Part shown: one piece after another, positions 9,684 to 18,159 of the stretch
Layout of the letters: each line of letters begins with the position of its first letter
How positions within the stretch are numbered: the stretch's first letter is position 1
Origin: a virus
Strand: one strand, 5' to 3'
IMG/VR virus record: IMGVR_UViG_3300020420_000008
Coordinates: 32,001-96,000 of that record
DNA length: 64,000 nt
Position numbers and translations under genes: made by a program
The notes under the pieces: generated by a model
What the model saw: only the letters and a program-made list of their open reading frames with translations
Told to the model about the DNA's origin: nothing
The model's database searches: none

Positions 9684-10385
9684 ATGACAACTTTTATATC
9701 TGCACCTTTTGGAAACTATTTAAAATTCAAGAATGCTACGAGTGTAACTGGAACTTGGACATATCAACCTCGTCCAGGATTACTGAAGCAAATATTCAAG
9801 ACACTTAGATATACAAACCAAGGGTGGAGAAATAAGCTAGGTTTAAGAAATGCTGGAATAAATTATGGATTGAAGAAAACTAATTCTAATGAAGTATTGA
9901 GTATTGCCGCCATTGACAAATATGATTGGATAAACTTAGACTCCATAATTCCTTCTAATCAGAATATTGAATTGAATATAAGTTGTCCTAATCTAGAAGT
10001 TCACCAAGATACCACAAATTTTAAAGGTTTTGATTTATGGACAAATAGAATAGCTAAGTGGTGTATCATTAAAGTTCCTCCTATCGCATCATACGAACTA
10101 TTAGATAAGATAGTAGATTTAGGATTTACACAGATACATGCTAGTAATACTCTACCAACTGACAAAGGTGGATTGAGTGGGAAGGTATTATTACCTTATA
10201 CTAAAAGAATTATTGAATATCTTAAATCTAAATATAATCATGTAGAAGTGATCGCTGGTGGTGGAATACAGAAATCTTGGCACGCCGAATATTATAAAAA
10301 TCTTGGTGCTGATCACATAAGTATAGGCACAGCCTGTTTTAATCCTTATAAAGTATGGAAAATTGTTAACAAAAATGACTTTTGA
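9684..10385 (+). CDS. pyrD: dihydroorotate dehydrogenase-like FMN enzyme (class 1, compact)
   Basis: N.LGLRNAG, ELNISCPN, SNT, GGLSG, GGGI and IGT motifs. Confidence 0.8.
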   Translation: MTTFISAPFGNYLKFKNATSVTGTWTYQPRPGLLKQIFKTLRYTNQGWRNKLGLRNAGINYGLKKTNSNEVLSIAAIDKYDWINLDSIIPSNQNIELNISCPNLEVHQDTTNFKGFDLWTNRIAKWCIIKVPPIASYELLDKIVDLGFTQIHASNTLPTDKGGLSGKVLLPYTKRIIEYLKSKYNHVEVIAGGGIQKSWHAEYYKNLGADHISIGTACFNPYKVWKIVNKNDF

Positions 10386-10584
10386 AATATTTTCAATTAT
10401 ATGTTTAATAGCAACAGTTGCTATTGTACCAATATACATGTGGTTACTATACAATATTAAAAACTCATGGACATCGAACTCACATGACACTCAAGGTGGT
10501 AGTATGACTATACTTGAAAATGAAAAAGAACCAAAAGTAACTTGGATGGATCCGATAATTAAGAAAAATGATAAAAGAATATAA
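10375..10584 (+). CDS. small membrane protein
   Basis: one N-terminal hydrophobic segment. Confidence 0.5.
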   Translation: MTFEIFSIICLIATVAIVPIYMWLLYNIKNSWTSNSHDTQGGSMTILENEKEPKVTWMDPIIKKNDKRI

Positions 10585-11104
10585 AGTAAATCTATCAGAA
10601 GAACAAGAAGGTTTTATTGAATGGGTGGTAAACGAAGTGGACTTTCCTTTGTATTCATTCTTCTCTACTCACTCTCATGGAAATATAAATCCAGTATTCG
10701 GGCACATACTTAGAACAAGAATTGATGATGAAAATAGTGATGAGTGGGGTGCATCAAACTCTGATTTTACACATAAGTTTGATAATATATTCATGGATTT
10801 TTGTAAAGAATATGATATAAAATGCAATAGAATACTTAGATCAGCAGTTAATTTCACAACACATCAACCTAGTGATTCTGAATATTTTATTCATCGTGAT
10901 CATAATTTTTCACATAAAAACTTTCTCATGTATTTAAATGAGTGGACTGGTGGTGGAACTCGGTTCTTTGATGATGAGAAAAAACTTATAAAAACAGTAG
11001 GGCCACAGAAATATAAGGCAATTGTAAGTGATGGTGAACTTCATACACAGGAATATTGTGATCCACATCAAATAAGGGTTGTCTTAGTAGTGACATTTAA
11101 CTAA
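10568..11104 (+). CDS. 2OG-Fe(II) oxygenase
   Basis: HRD...MYLN..GGGT.F...H....R.VLV facial-triad pattern. Confidence 0.8.
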   Translation: MIKEYKVNLSEEQEGFIEWVVNEVDFPLYSFFSTHSHGNINPVFGHILRTRIDDENSDEWGASNSDFTHKFDNIFMDFCKEYDIKCNRILRSAVNFTTHQPSDSEYFIHRDHNFSHKNFLMYLNEWTGGGTRFFDDEKKLIKTVGPQKYKAIVSDGELHTQEYCDPHQIRVVLVVTFN

Positions 11105-11263
11105 TGCGAAGAAATAGAAAAGTAGATCCAAAAGACTATATAAAGATAAGAATAGAGCAACTAAAAGAAGAGCGAAAGAAATCTGAAGATAGAATGACTC
11201 AAATGTGGATATATAAAATAGTTAGTGAATTGCAATACGTTCTTCAGATAATGGAGAAAAGAA

Positions 11264-11509
11264 GTGATAGATTACCCTGATGGTTTTAGCAACGAATGGA
11301 GAGAGTATATGACATATGATAAAACTACAGATCCAGATGCTGGACTAAAACTATATGACACAGAAGAAGCATTCAGTTTAGACTTTACTGCTAAGAAAAG
11401 AGAAGGCTTTACATCTACAACTGATCATGCCATGCGACATGAGATGCAAAGAATGGTTGATAAAATTAATGAACTTGAAAATAGAATAAAAGAATTGGAG
11501 AAAAAATGA
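11264..11509 (+). CDS. hypothetical protein with C-terminal coiled coil
   Basis: ORF, GGAGA RBS. Confidence 0.5.
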   Translation: MIDYPDGFSNEWREYMTYDKTTDPDAGLKLYDTEEAFSLDFTAKKREGFTSTTDHAMRHEMQRMVDKINELENRIKELEKK

Positions 11510-12120
11510 GTACTGCTTTTATAATTGGAAATGGACCTACAAGAAAAGGTATCGACTTGAACGATTTAGTAGGTAAAGGTGAACTATATGGATGCAATGC
11601 ACTCTATAGAGATTTTGATAAGTTTGATTATCTCGTAGTAATCGATGAACAGTTTAGAAAACTCATAGAAATGGGTGGTAAAGAAGGCTTCGTTGAAAAC
11701 ACTAAACTTATATTACCACCAGATGAAGAGTGTGTAGAAGAGACTACAGGTAGACGCTCAAATGCAGGTATGAATGCTATGAAAGAAGCTATAAAGCGTG
11801 GTGCTGAAAAACTATTTTGCTTAGGCTTTGATTTTGTTTTAGTAGACGAAGAGCAAAACACAGATAACATATATAAAGGTACTGAAGGTTACGGCGAAGA
11901 AACTCATGCTACATATGAGGACAGTAAGCATAGAGTAAATTATCTAAACTGGTTCATGAAAAATAATCCTAATGTTAGATTTACTTTTGTTATTCCTGAA
12001 GCAACTCAGTTGTTCAATATTGGTTTAGATTTAGATAATTGTTTTGGTATGTCAATTGTTAATTTTAACAAACACTACGGAGAACAGGTAGTTGTGGAAG
12101 AGGCTAAAGAAGCGAGTTAG
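11506..12120 (+). CDS. GNGPS/T-motif protein (sialyltransferase-like/DUF115-like fold)
   Basis: IIGNGPTR, YGCNALYRDF and LGFDF motifs. Confidence 0.6.
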   Translation: MSTAFIIGNGPTRKGIDLNDLVGKGELYGCNALYRDFDKFDYLVVIDEQFRKLIEMGGKEGFVENTKLILPPDEECVEETTGRRSNAGMNAMKEAIKRGAEKLFCLGFDFVLVDEEQNTDNIYKGTEGYGEETHATYEDSKHRVNYLNWFMKNNPNVRFTFVIPEATQLFNIGLDLDNCFGMSIVNFNKHYGEQVVVEEAKEAS

Positions 12121-12307
12121 AAGTTTATGGAATGTTGATACTATTATCGACATTGTAGTTGACTTTTTATTATTAGTTCTTGATGTTATTACTTCACCTA
12201 TATTAATTGTAATAAGAATATTACGACACTTTTTTAATAACTGGATAAAAGAAAAAATTAAAAAAGCTTTGAAATGGTTCGCTCATAAAGTTCTGCGATT
12301 ACCATAA
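12092..12307 (+). CDS. small membrane protein
   Basis: central hydrophobic segment, basic ends. Confidence 0.45.
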   Translation: MWKRLKKRVRSLWNVDTIIDIVVDFLLLVLDVITSPILIVIRILRHFFNNWIKEKIKKALKWFAHKVLRLP

Positions 12308-12400
12308 TAACTAATGCTAGTACATCAGGTAAAAGAATCACCACAATTAAAAAAACTACTATTCAAACTAACTATGCTATCAGCACTGGTTTGTTTTATC

Positions 12401-12429
12401 TTGACAAAGCTACATGAATGGCTTATACT
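12401..12429 (+). promoter_or_regulatory. sigma70-type promoter
   Basis: TTGACA-17 nt-TATACT. Confidence 0.7.
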
Positions 12430-12486
12430 AGATATAGAGCAAAAATGGTTGCTACAATTAATTGATTATATTATGAGAGGTAATTT

Positions 12487-13041
12487 ATGAATATATTTTA
12501 TTTAGATGAAGATCCAGTGAAGTGTGCTAGAATGCATGTCGATAAACATGTTGTAAAAATGATTGTAGAGTATGCACAACTTCTATCTACAGCACATAGA
12601 GTTCTAGATGGTAAAGAGACTATAGAACTATCTAAAAATGGACGTAAAATAAAAAGATATAGATTTACTAATAACTACAAAGAAGCTACTTACTACCTTG
12701 CTTGCCACGTTAGTCACCCATCAGCCGTATGGGCTAGACAATCATCTCTGAACTACAGATGGTTATATAATTTGTTTGTTGCATTGTGTGATGAGTACAC
12801 GTATCGATATGGCAAAAGACACTCTACAGATGAAAAACTTAGAGTTGCTCTAGCTATGAAACCTATAAATATACCAGAGAAAGCATTTACACAACCCACA
12901 CCTGCGATGAGTCATTATCCAGATTGTATAGTTGAAGGCGACTCACTGAAGTCATATCATAACTATTACATAGAAGCTAAAAACTCATTTGCAAAGTGGA
13001 CAAAAAGAAGTGTCCCATCATGGTATCAATTCGCCCATTAA
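12487..13041 (+). CDS. pyrimidine-dimer DNA glycosylase/DenV-related protein
   Basis: MNIFYLD...DKHVVKMIVEYAQLLSTAH and HPSAVW motifs. Confidence 0.65.
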   Translation: MNIFYLDEDPVKCARMHVDKHVVKMIVEYAQLLSTAHRVLDGKETIELSKNGRKIKRYRFTNNYKEATYYLACHVSHPSAVWARQSSLNYRWLYNLFVALCDEYTYRYGKRHSTDEKLRVALAMKPINIPEKAFTQPTPAMSHYPDCIVEGDSLKSYHNYYIEAKNSFAKWTKRSVPSWYQFAH

Positions 13042-13337
13042 CACAAAAAGTTATAGACGCTTTACGTTGCGTTCATGATCCAGAAATACCCAATATAAGT
13101 GTTCTGGATCTTGGACTTATATATGAGTTAGAAGTTACAGAAGATGGTGATGTTTACATTCAACACACCCTAACAAGTATGATGTGTCCTTTTGCGGATC
13201 AAATCTGCAAGGATATAGAAGAAGCACCTAAAGGTGTTGTCGGTGTAAAATCTGTAAAGAGAGAATTAGTTTTCAATCCACCATTCACTATGGACATGGT
13301 ACCAGAAGATACTAAAATTATAATGGGGTGGGCATGA
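13020..13337 (+). CDS. sufT: SufT/DUF59 (MIP18) Fe-S maturation protein
   Basis: V.DPEI..SVLDLGLIY, TLTSMMCP and VFNPPFT motifs. Confidence 0.85.
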   Translation: MVSIRPLTQKVIDALRCVHDPEIPNISVLDLGLIYELEVTEDGDVYIQHTLTSMMCPFADQICKDIEEAPKGVVGVKSVKRELVFNPPFTMDMVPEDTKIIMGWA

Positions 13338-13615
13338 TAGAACTAACAGAACGAGCAACAGAATATCTTAAAAAAGTTGGTAAGCCTAATGTATCACTTA
13401 CTGTAAAAGGTGGGGGTTGTTCAGGTTTTCAGTATGAATGGGGAACAACAGATGAACCAGCTACAGTTGCTAATCTATGGTTAAATCCTATCGCAGAGAT
13501 GTTTGTATTTGGTTGTACTATAGATTACGTAGAAGAACTTGGTGGTAGCTATTTAAAAGTAATTAACCCAAATGCAAAGGCGAGTTGCGGTTGTGGCGAG
13601 TCTTTCGCTGTATAA
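13334..13615 (+). CDS. iscA: A-type Fe-S carrier (IscA/HesB family)
   Basis: GGGCSGFQY and NPNAKASCGCGESF motifs. Confidence 0.9.
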   Translation: MIELTERATEYLKKVGKPNVSLTVKGGGCSGFQYEWGTTDEPATVANLWLNPIAEMFVFGCTIDYVEELGGSYLKVINPNAKASCGCGESFAV

Positions 13616-13642
13616 ATACATTGTGATGAACAAGGAGCATTA

Positions 13643-13978
13643 ATGCCTTTATATACATTTATGAACAAAGACACAGATGAAGTCTTTACAGAAATGATGT
13701 CTATCTCTCAGAGAGAAGAATATCTTTCGCAAAACCCAAACATCAGCCAAAAAATAGTGACAGTTAATATGATTAGTGGAAGCGGATTAAAGAATGATAA
13801 CGGTTGGAAAGAAAACCTCTCCCGTATTGCAGAAGCACACCCTAACTCAGCATTGAATGATAAGCTTGGTGGTAGAACTACCAAACATGCTAAAGCTATG
13901 TCAACACTAGAAAAACATGGAGTAAGAAAAGGGACTTATTCTAACATAAAGGAGAAGCCATTGTCAGCAAACGATTAA
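13643..13978 (+). CDS. FmdB-like T4-type regulator
   Basis: MPLYTF start, typical position upstream of phoH; late promoter TATAAATA at 13611-13618. Confidence 0.55.
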   Translation: MPLYTFMNKDTDEVFTEMMSISQREEYLSQNPNISQKIVTVNMISGSGLKNDNGWKENLSRIAEAHPNSALNDKLGGRTTKHAKAMSTLEKHGVRKGTYSNIKEKPLSAND

Positions 13979-13990
13979 CAAGGAGAATCC

Positions 13991-14731
13991 ATGTCAAACA
14001 ATCTCTCATATTTTCAAAATAATATTGTACCATTAACGAATAAACAAAAGAGAAAGCTAAAAAGAGTAAATACGGGTTTAAGAATAAAAGAAATAGAACC
14101 CATGACGAAAACGCAAGAGAGAGTATTTAATTCATATTATAGTGGTAAAAATATAATGTGTCATGGTGTAGCAGGAACAGGTAAAACATTTATCGCAACA
14201 TATCTAGCAACACAAGAAGTATTGAGTAATTATAATGACACACGTAGTTTACATATCATACGAAGTGTAGTACCAACAAGAGACATGGGATTTCTTCCTG
14301 GTAATCAAAGAGAGAAATCAAAAGTATACGAAGCACCTTACTATTCAATCTTTACTGAACTGTTTGAAAGAGGTGATGCTTATGAGATACTCAAAGGGCG
14401 TGAGCAAGTATACTTTACAACAACATCTTTCATAAGAGGCTTGACTATTAATGATGCGGTTGTTATAGTAGATGAATGTCAGAATATGACATATCATGAG
14501 TTAGATAGTATAATCACACGATTAGGTGATAATTGTAAAATAGTATTTTGTGGTGATTTTAGACAAAGCGATTTTAGATTTCAAGATGAACGAGAAGGTG
14601 TCTTAGAATTTATGAAAGTTATTAAAAGAATGAAGTCATTTGATTTTATAGAATTTGATAAACATGACATTGTAAGGAGTGATTTGGTGAAAGAATATAT
14701 TATTTCGAAACTCGATCTTGGAATGAGTTGA
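13991..14731 (+). CDS. phoH: PhoH-family ATPase
   Basis: GVAGTGKT, GFLPG, FIRGLT, DECQN and GDFRQSD motifs. Confidence 0.95.
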   Translation: MSNNLSYFQNNIVPLTNKQKRKLKRVNTGLRIKEIEPMTKTQERVFNSYYSGKNIMCHGVAGTGKTFIATYLATQEVLSNYNDTRSLHIIRSVVPTRDMGFLPGNQREKSKVYEAPYYSIFTELFERGDAYEILKGREQVYFTTTSFIRGLTINDAVVIVDECQNMTYHELDSIITRLGDNCKIVFCGDFRQSDFRFQDEREGVLEFMKVIKRMKSFDFIEFDKHDIVRSDLVKEYIISKLDLGMS

Positions 14732-15396
14732 CGTTTACTCATTTAGGAATCGACATACCTGAAATTAACACTGAAACAATAGATGGTAAAAGATACTATG
14801 TAACACCTACAGGTGAGAAGTATCCATCTATAACGACAGTATTAGGGCATTTCAATAAGAAAGCTATTTACGAGTGGAGACAAAGAGTTGGTGAAAAAGA
14901 AGCTAACAAAGTCTCCACTCAAGCATCACGCCGAGGCACTAAGGTGCATCAGATGTGTGAAGATTTTATCAACAATGAACTTGATGAAAAGAAGTTCATG
15001 CCTTCTGATAGAGAAACTTTTAGCACTATAAAAGATACACTCTCCGAGAATATAAATAATGTTAGAGTTCAAGAAGCTACCCTTTATTCAGATTATTTAA
15101 GAGTCGCTGGACGGGTAGATTGTATCGCTGAGTGGAATAATAGGCTTTCCGTCATCGACTTTAAGACTTCCAGAAAACTTAAAAAGAAAGAGTATATTAC
15201 GAATTATTTTCAACAAGGTTCTGCCTATTGTGTTATGTATGAAGAAAGAACAAAAACACCAATCGATCAAGTTGTAATAGTCATAGCAGTAGATGGTGAA
15301 AGTCCTCAGATATTTATAGAAAAGAGAGACAACTGGATACTATCTACACAAAAAAAGATAAAATTATATGGAGAATATTATGATAAAATATCTTAG
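14728..15396 (+). CDS. PD-(D/E)XK exonuclease (T4-like exonuclease A type)
   Basis: YPSITTVL, RGTKVH, AGRVDC and IDFKTS motifs. Confidence 0.85.
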   Translation: MTFTHLGIDIPEINTETIDGKRYYVTPTGEKYPSITTVLGHFNKKAIYEWRQRVGEKEANKVSTQASRRGTKVHQMCEDFINNELDEKKFMPSDRETFSTIKDTLSENINNVRVQEATLYSDYLRVAGRVDCIAEWNNRLSVIDFKTSRKLKKKEYITNYFQQGSAYCVMYEERTKTPIDQVVIVIAVDGESPQIFIEKRDNWILSTQKKIKLYGEYYDKIS

Positions 15397-15754
15397 TTTA
15401 TTAGTGTTTATGTTATATGTTAGTTGTGGCACTATGTCGTGGGGCGATCATCAACCTTTATTAGAATCACGACACAAAATGTTTGAAAAAGGCGAAACAA
15501 CAAATTCACAAAAACCAGTTGTATGTCAGCACCCTGATTTAATTTTACATACACTTACACAAGACTGGCAAGAAGCACCTATCATGAGATGGGATAATGT
15601 CTCTGTACGTGAGAATGGTGAATTAATGAATACTACAATAGGATTTGGTTTAAATAAACAAACTGGCACATGGAGTTTAGTAGAGTTTATAAGTGAAGAT
15701 TGGGCTTGTATTATAGCGAATGGTTGGGGATTTACAGTTTTTACACCAGAATAA
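15380..15754 (+). CDS. hypothetical exported protein
   Basis: signal-peptide-like N-terminus. Confidence 0.55.
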   Translation: MIKYLSLLVFMLYVSCGTMSWGDHQPLLESRHKMFEKGETTNSQKPVVCQHPDLILHTLTQDWQEAPIMRWDNVSVRENGELMNTTIGFGLNKQTGTWSLVEFISEDWACIIANGWGFTVFTPE

Positions 15755-15772
15755 AATAAATAAAAAAAGTAC

Positions 15773-15804
15773 TTGACGAATCACGAATCAATATGCTATA
15801 AATA
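15773..15804 (+). promoter_or_regulatory. composite sigma70 and T4-late promoter of the RNA operon
   Basis: TTGACG at 15773, tandem CGAATCA at 15777-15790, TGCTATAAATA containing the T4 late TATAAATA at 15797-15804. Confidence 0.75.
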
Positions 15805-15807
15805 AAG

Positions 15808-16145
15808 AGTTCGTTGAGACTAAGATGAAACTAGACTGGACATGGGGGCGGTACCCATCACCTCCACCAAGAGTACTTGCTCAGTACAACGCCTTCGTAG
15901 CTTCACAAGAGACAGTTCTTGAGACAGTTCGATGAAGACAAGAGTGGTAAGACACTTTAGAGTTTTTTGATAGTGGCGTATCAACAAGTATTCCTGTGGG
16001 GGTGAAATAGGATCGACAGGTAGGTAGTAGGTTAGTGGAGAACATTAAACTAAATGCAAACGATGATTTTGCACCTGTGGATTACGCACTAGCGGCTTAA
16101 TCGCACCGAGTTTAGAGAGTGTACTTGGGAACAGAAACACTCTCA
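15808..16145 (+). ncRNA. ssrA: circularly permuted two-piece tmRNA (alphaproteobacterial type)
   Basis: Acceptor piece ends ...ATGGGGGCGGTACCCATCACCTCCACCA at 15869. Coding piece starts GGGGGTGAAATAGGATCGAC at 15998, giving G3-U70. Tag ORF 16056-16100 reads ANDDFAPVDYALAA*. Outer ends are approximate. Confidence 0.95.
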
Positions 16146-16153
16146 CAGAATTT

Positions 16154-16227
16154 GCGAGTGTAGTATAATGGCATTATTTCTAGTTACCAACTAGAAGACA
16201 GAGGTTCGAATCCTCTCATTCGCTCCA
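16154..16227 (+). tRNA. tRNA-Gly with anticodon ACC
   Basis: GCGAGTG/CATTCGC acceptor, U73 plus CCA, TCTAG-TTACCAA-CTAGA anticodon arm, AGAGG-TTCGAAT-CCTCT T arm. Confidence 0.9.
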
Positions 16228-16251
16228 AGTTTTACTCCGACGGGAGTAAAA

Positions 16252-16457
16252 GTGGTGCAAGGAAGAGTCCTGATGACAAGAGGGACAAACTTGACTACTT
16301 AGGGGTGGTACCCAGGATTTGAAAAACGAATACTTAGAAATAAGGGCTAGTTTAACAAGTTCACATCATCATACCAGATGAAAGTAGGTTCTGGCATAAA
16401 TGGAAGATATGCTATCTTGTGATGTCAGTTGAGGGTAAAAGCGAGTCCCTCCCACAC
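16252..16457 (+). ncRNA. structured ~200-nt ncRNA, probably manA-motif-like
   Basis: ORF-free, GC-richer, multiple helices (AACTTGAC/GTCAGTT, ACATCA/TGATGT, CCAGA/TCTGG, GCATA/TATGC, GAGGG/CCCTC); between the tRNA and a terminator; family assignment from memory only. Confidence 0.55.
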
Positions 16458-16464
16458 TAAATTT

Positions 16465-16500
16465 AAAAAGGTATTAGAAGCAGTTCTGATACCTTTTTTT
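16465..16500 (+). terminator. intrinsic terminator closing the RNA operon
   Basis: AAAAAGGTATTAGAA-GCAG-TTCTGATACCTTTTTTT hairpin with U tract. Confidence 0.85.
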
Positions 16501-16593
16501 ATTATAAATACTAGTAGATTGTATTATATCATTACGTATCGTGACATTTAAGATTGTTTCATTATAATCGTTTTAATTAGTCAAGGTAAAGTA

Positions 16594-17088
16594 ATGATAG
16601 ATCCAATATCAGCAATGGCTGTAGCAGGCACCGCATTCTCAGCAATCAAGAAAGGCATACAACTAGGTAAAGATGTAGAGTCTATGTATGGTGATATAGG
16701 TAGATGGATGGGTGCAATCTCTGATGTTAATCAGGCAGAGAAGAATGCAAAGAATCCGCCATTCTATAAAAAGGTGTTTAGTGGTTCATCGATAGAAGAA
16801 GAGGCTATGAATGCCTTTGCCGCCAAGAAAAAGGCAGAGGAGATGGAATATGAACTGAAACAATATATTATGTTTACACATGGGGCATCTGCATGGGACG
16901 AACTGATTCGTATGCAAGGTAAGATACGTAAAGAACGTCAAGAGATGATTTATGCAAGAGAAAAGCAAAGAGAAAAAATAGTTAATATTATCATATGCAC
17001 TATAGGTATAGGAATTATAGTAGCACTACTAGGTTGGTTCGCATGGTTCGTTTTTCAAACAAGTTACTTATTCGCAGGCTTTCGCTAA
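16594..17088 (+). CDS. membrane-anchored coiled-coil protein (late promoter)
   Basis: TATAAATA at 16503-16510; MIDPISAMAVA start; C-terminal hydrophobic segment. Confidence 0.65.
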   Translation: MIDPISAMAVAGTAFSAIKKGIQLGKDVESMYGDIGRWMGAISDVNQAEKNAKNPPFYKKVFSGSSIEEEAMNAFAAKKKAEEMEYELKQYIMFTHGASAWDELIRMQGKIRKERQEMIYAREKQREKIVNIIICTIGIGIIVALLGWFAWFVFQTSYLFAGFR

Positions 17089-17465
17089 TACTTTCAATAA
17101 AAATAATTTTACTGTTAATCTTTCTCATTCCAAATTATGCCTTTGGACGTGAGGAACGTAAACAACCTGATAACATCATACAATGCTTTTCTTGTTTTTT
17201 CAAGAAGTTCAGCGACTGGACATGGGAACAAGAAAAAAGACTGGGTAAGAGAGAAGATCCTAAGTATATAACATGCAGACGATATAAAAGAAAAACAGCG
17301 AAGAATGGACAACAAGTTTGTATATACAAGGGTGCAAACAGTACATATACATTGGTAGTTGAGGGGCAATGTCCTAGCGAATACCGATGTAAATATGATC
17401 CTCATGGTTCTGAACCTAATATTGATAGTGTGGTTGACTCGTTAAACGATAAGTTTAAAAAATAG
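16995..17465 (+). CDS. Cys-rich exported protein (start uncertain)
   Basis: hydrophobic segment followed by six Cys. Confidence 0.5.
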   Translation: MHYRYRNYSSTTRLVRMVRFSNKLLIRRLSLILSIKIILLLIFLIPNYAFGREERKQPDNIIQCFSCFFKKFSDWTWEQEKRLGKREDPKYITCRRYKRKTAKNGQQVCIYKGANSTYTLVVEGQCPSEYRCKYDPHGSEPNIDSVVDSLNDKFKK

Positions 17466-17502
17466 ACTTGACAAATAAACAACAATCATATAGAGTATAA
17501 GA

Positions 17503-17928
17503 ATGATATTAGAAACAGCATTTTTGTGTCTAGCACTCAATACTTATCATGAGGCAAAAAATCAATCCATGGTAGGACAGATTGCAACGGCACAAGTAGT
17601 CATGAACCGTGTTGCAGATAAAAGATATCCTAACACAGTTTGTGAAGTAGTTAAACAAGGTCCAAAGTATAAAGGAAGCAATGTACCGGTTCGACACCGA
17701 TGCCAATTTAGCTGGTATTGTGACGGCAAAGATGACATGCCTAAAAATGAAAAAGCATGGAAAAAAGCACAAGACTATGCACATCTTGTTTTATATAATA
17801 GAATATACATAGATGTCACAGAGGGTGCTACACACTATCATGCAACATATGTAAAACCTGCATGGGCTAAAACAAAGACTAGAACAACAAGAATAGAAAA
17901 ACATATTTTCTATAGATGGGAAAAGTAA
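17503..17928 (+). CDS. SleB-like cell wall hydrolase (Hydrolase_2)
   Basis: CLALNTYHEA, VVMNRV, CQFSW and GATHYHA motifs. Confidence 0.9.
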   Translation: MILETAFLCLALNTYHEAKNQSMVGQIATAQVVMNRVADKRYPNTVCEVVKQGPKYKGSNVPVRHRCQFSWYCDGKDDMPKNEKAWKKAQDYAHLVLYNRIYIDVTEGATHYHATYVKPAWAKTKTRTTRIEKHIFYRWEK

Positions 17929-18159
17929 ATGTCGCTTGAAATTATGAACGTGAGTAAGTTCTCTAAAATTATTGAAGAAGTTGTTATTGATAAAAGAATA
18001 CCTTACATGGATGCAATTGTTTGGTATTGTGAAAGAAATGAAATGGAAGTAGAAGTTGCCGCCAAGCTTTTGAATAGTATTATAAAAGCTAAGATTGAAG
18101 CGGAAGCAAGTGATTTAAATTTTCTATCAACACCGAAAGGTTCTAAACTACCTATATGA
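17929..18159 (+). CDS. gp33: late-promoter transcription coactivator
   Basis: YMDAIVWYCE...KIEAEA..LNFL motif; gp33-gp59-gp32 synteny. Confidence 0.85.
   Translation: MSLEIMNVSKFSKIIEEVVIDKRIPYMDAIVWYCERNEMEVEVAAKLLNSIIKAKIEAEASDLNFLSTPKGSKLPI

Noticed and set aside
14728-15396. Cas4-like nuclease as evidence of a CRISPR system
   Set aside because: Standard T4-like exonuclease next to phoH; no repeat-spacer array or other cas genes seen in the window
16260-16272. GGAAGAGTCC resembling the RNase P RNA signature GGAAAGTCC
   Set aside because: The 3' P4 partner and other RNase P conserved regions were not found
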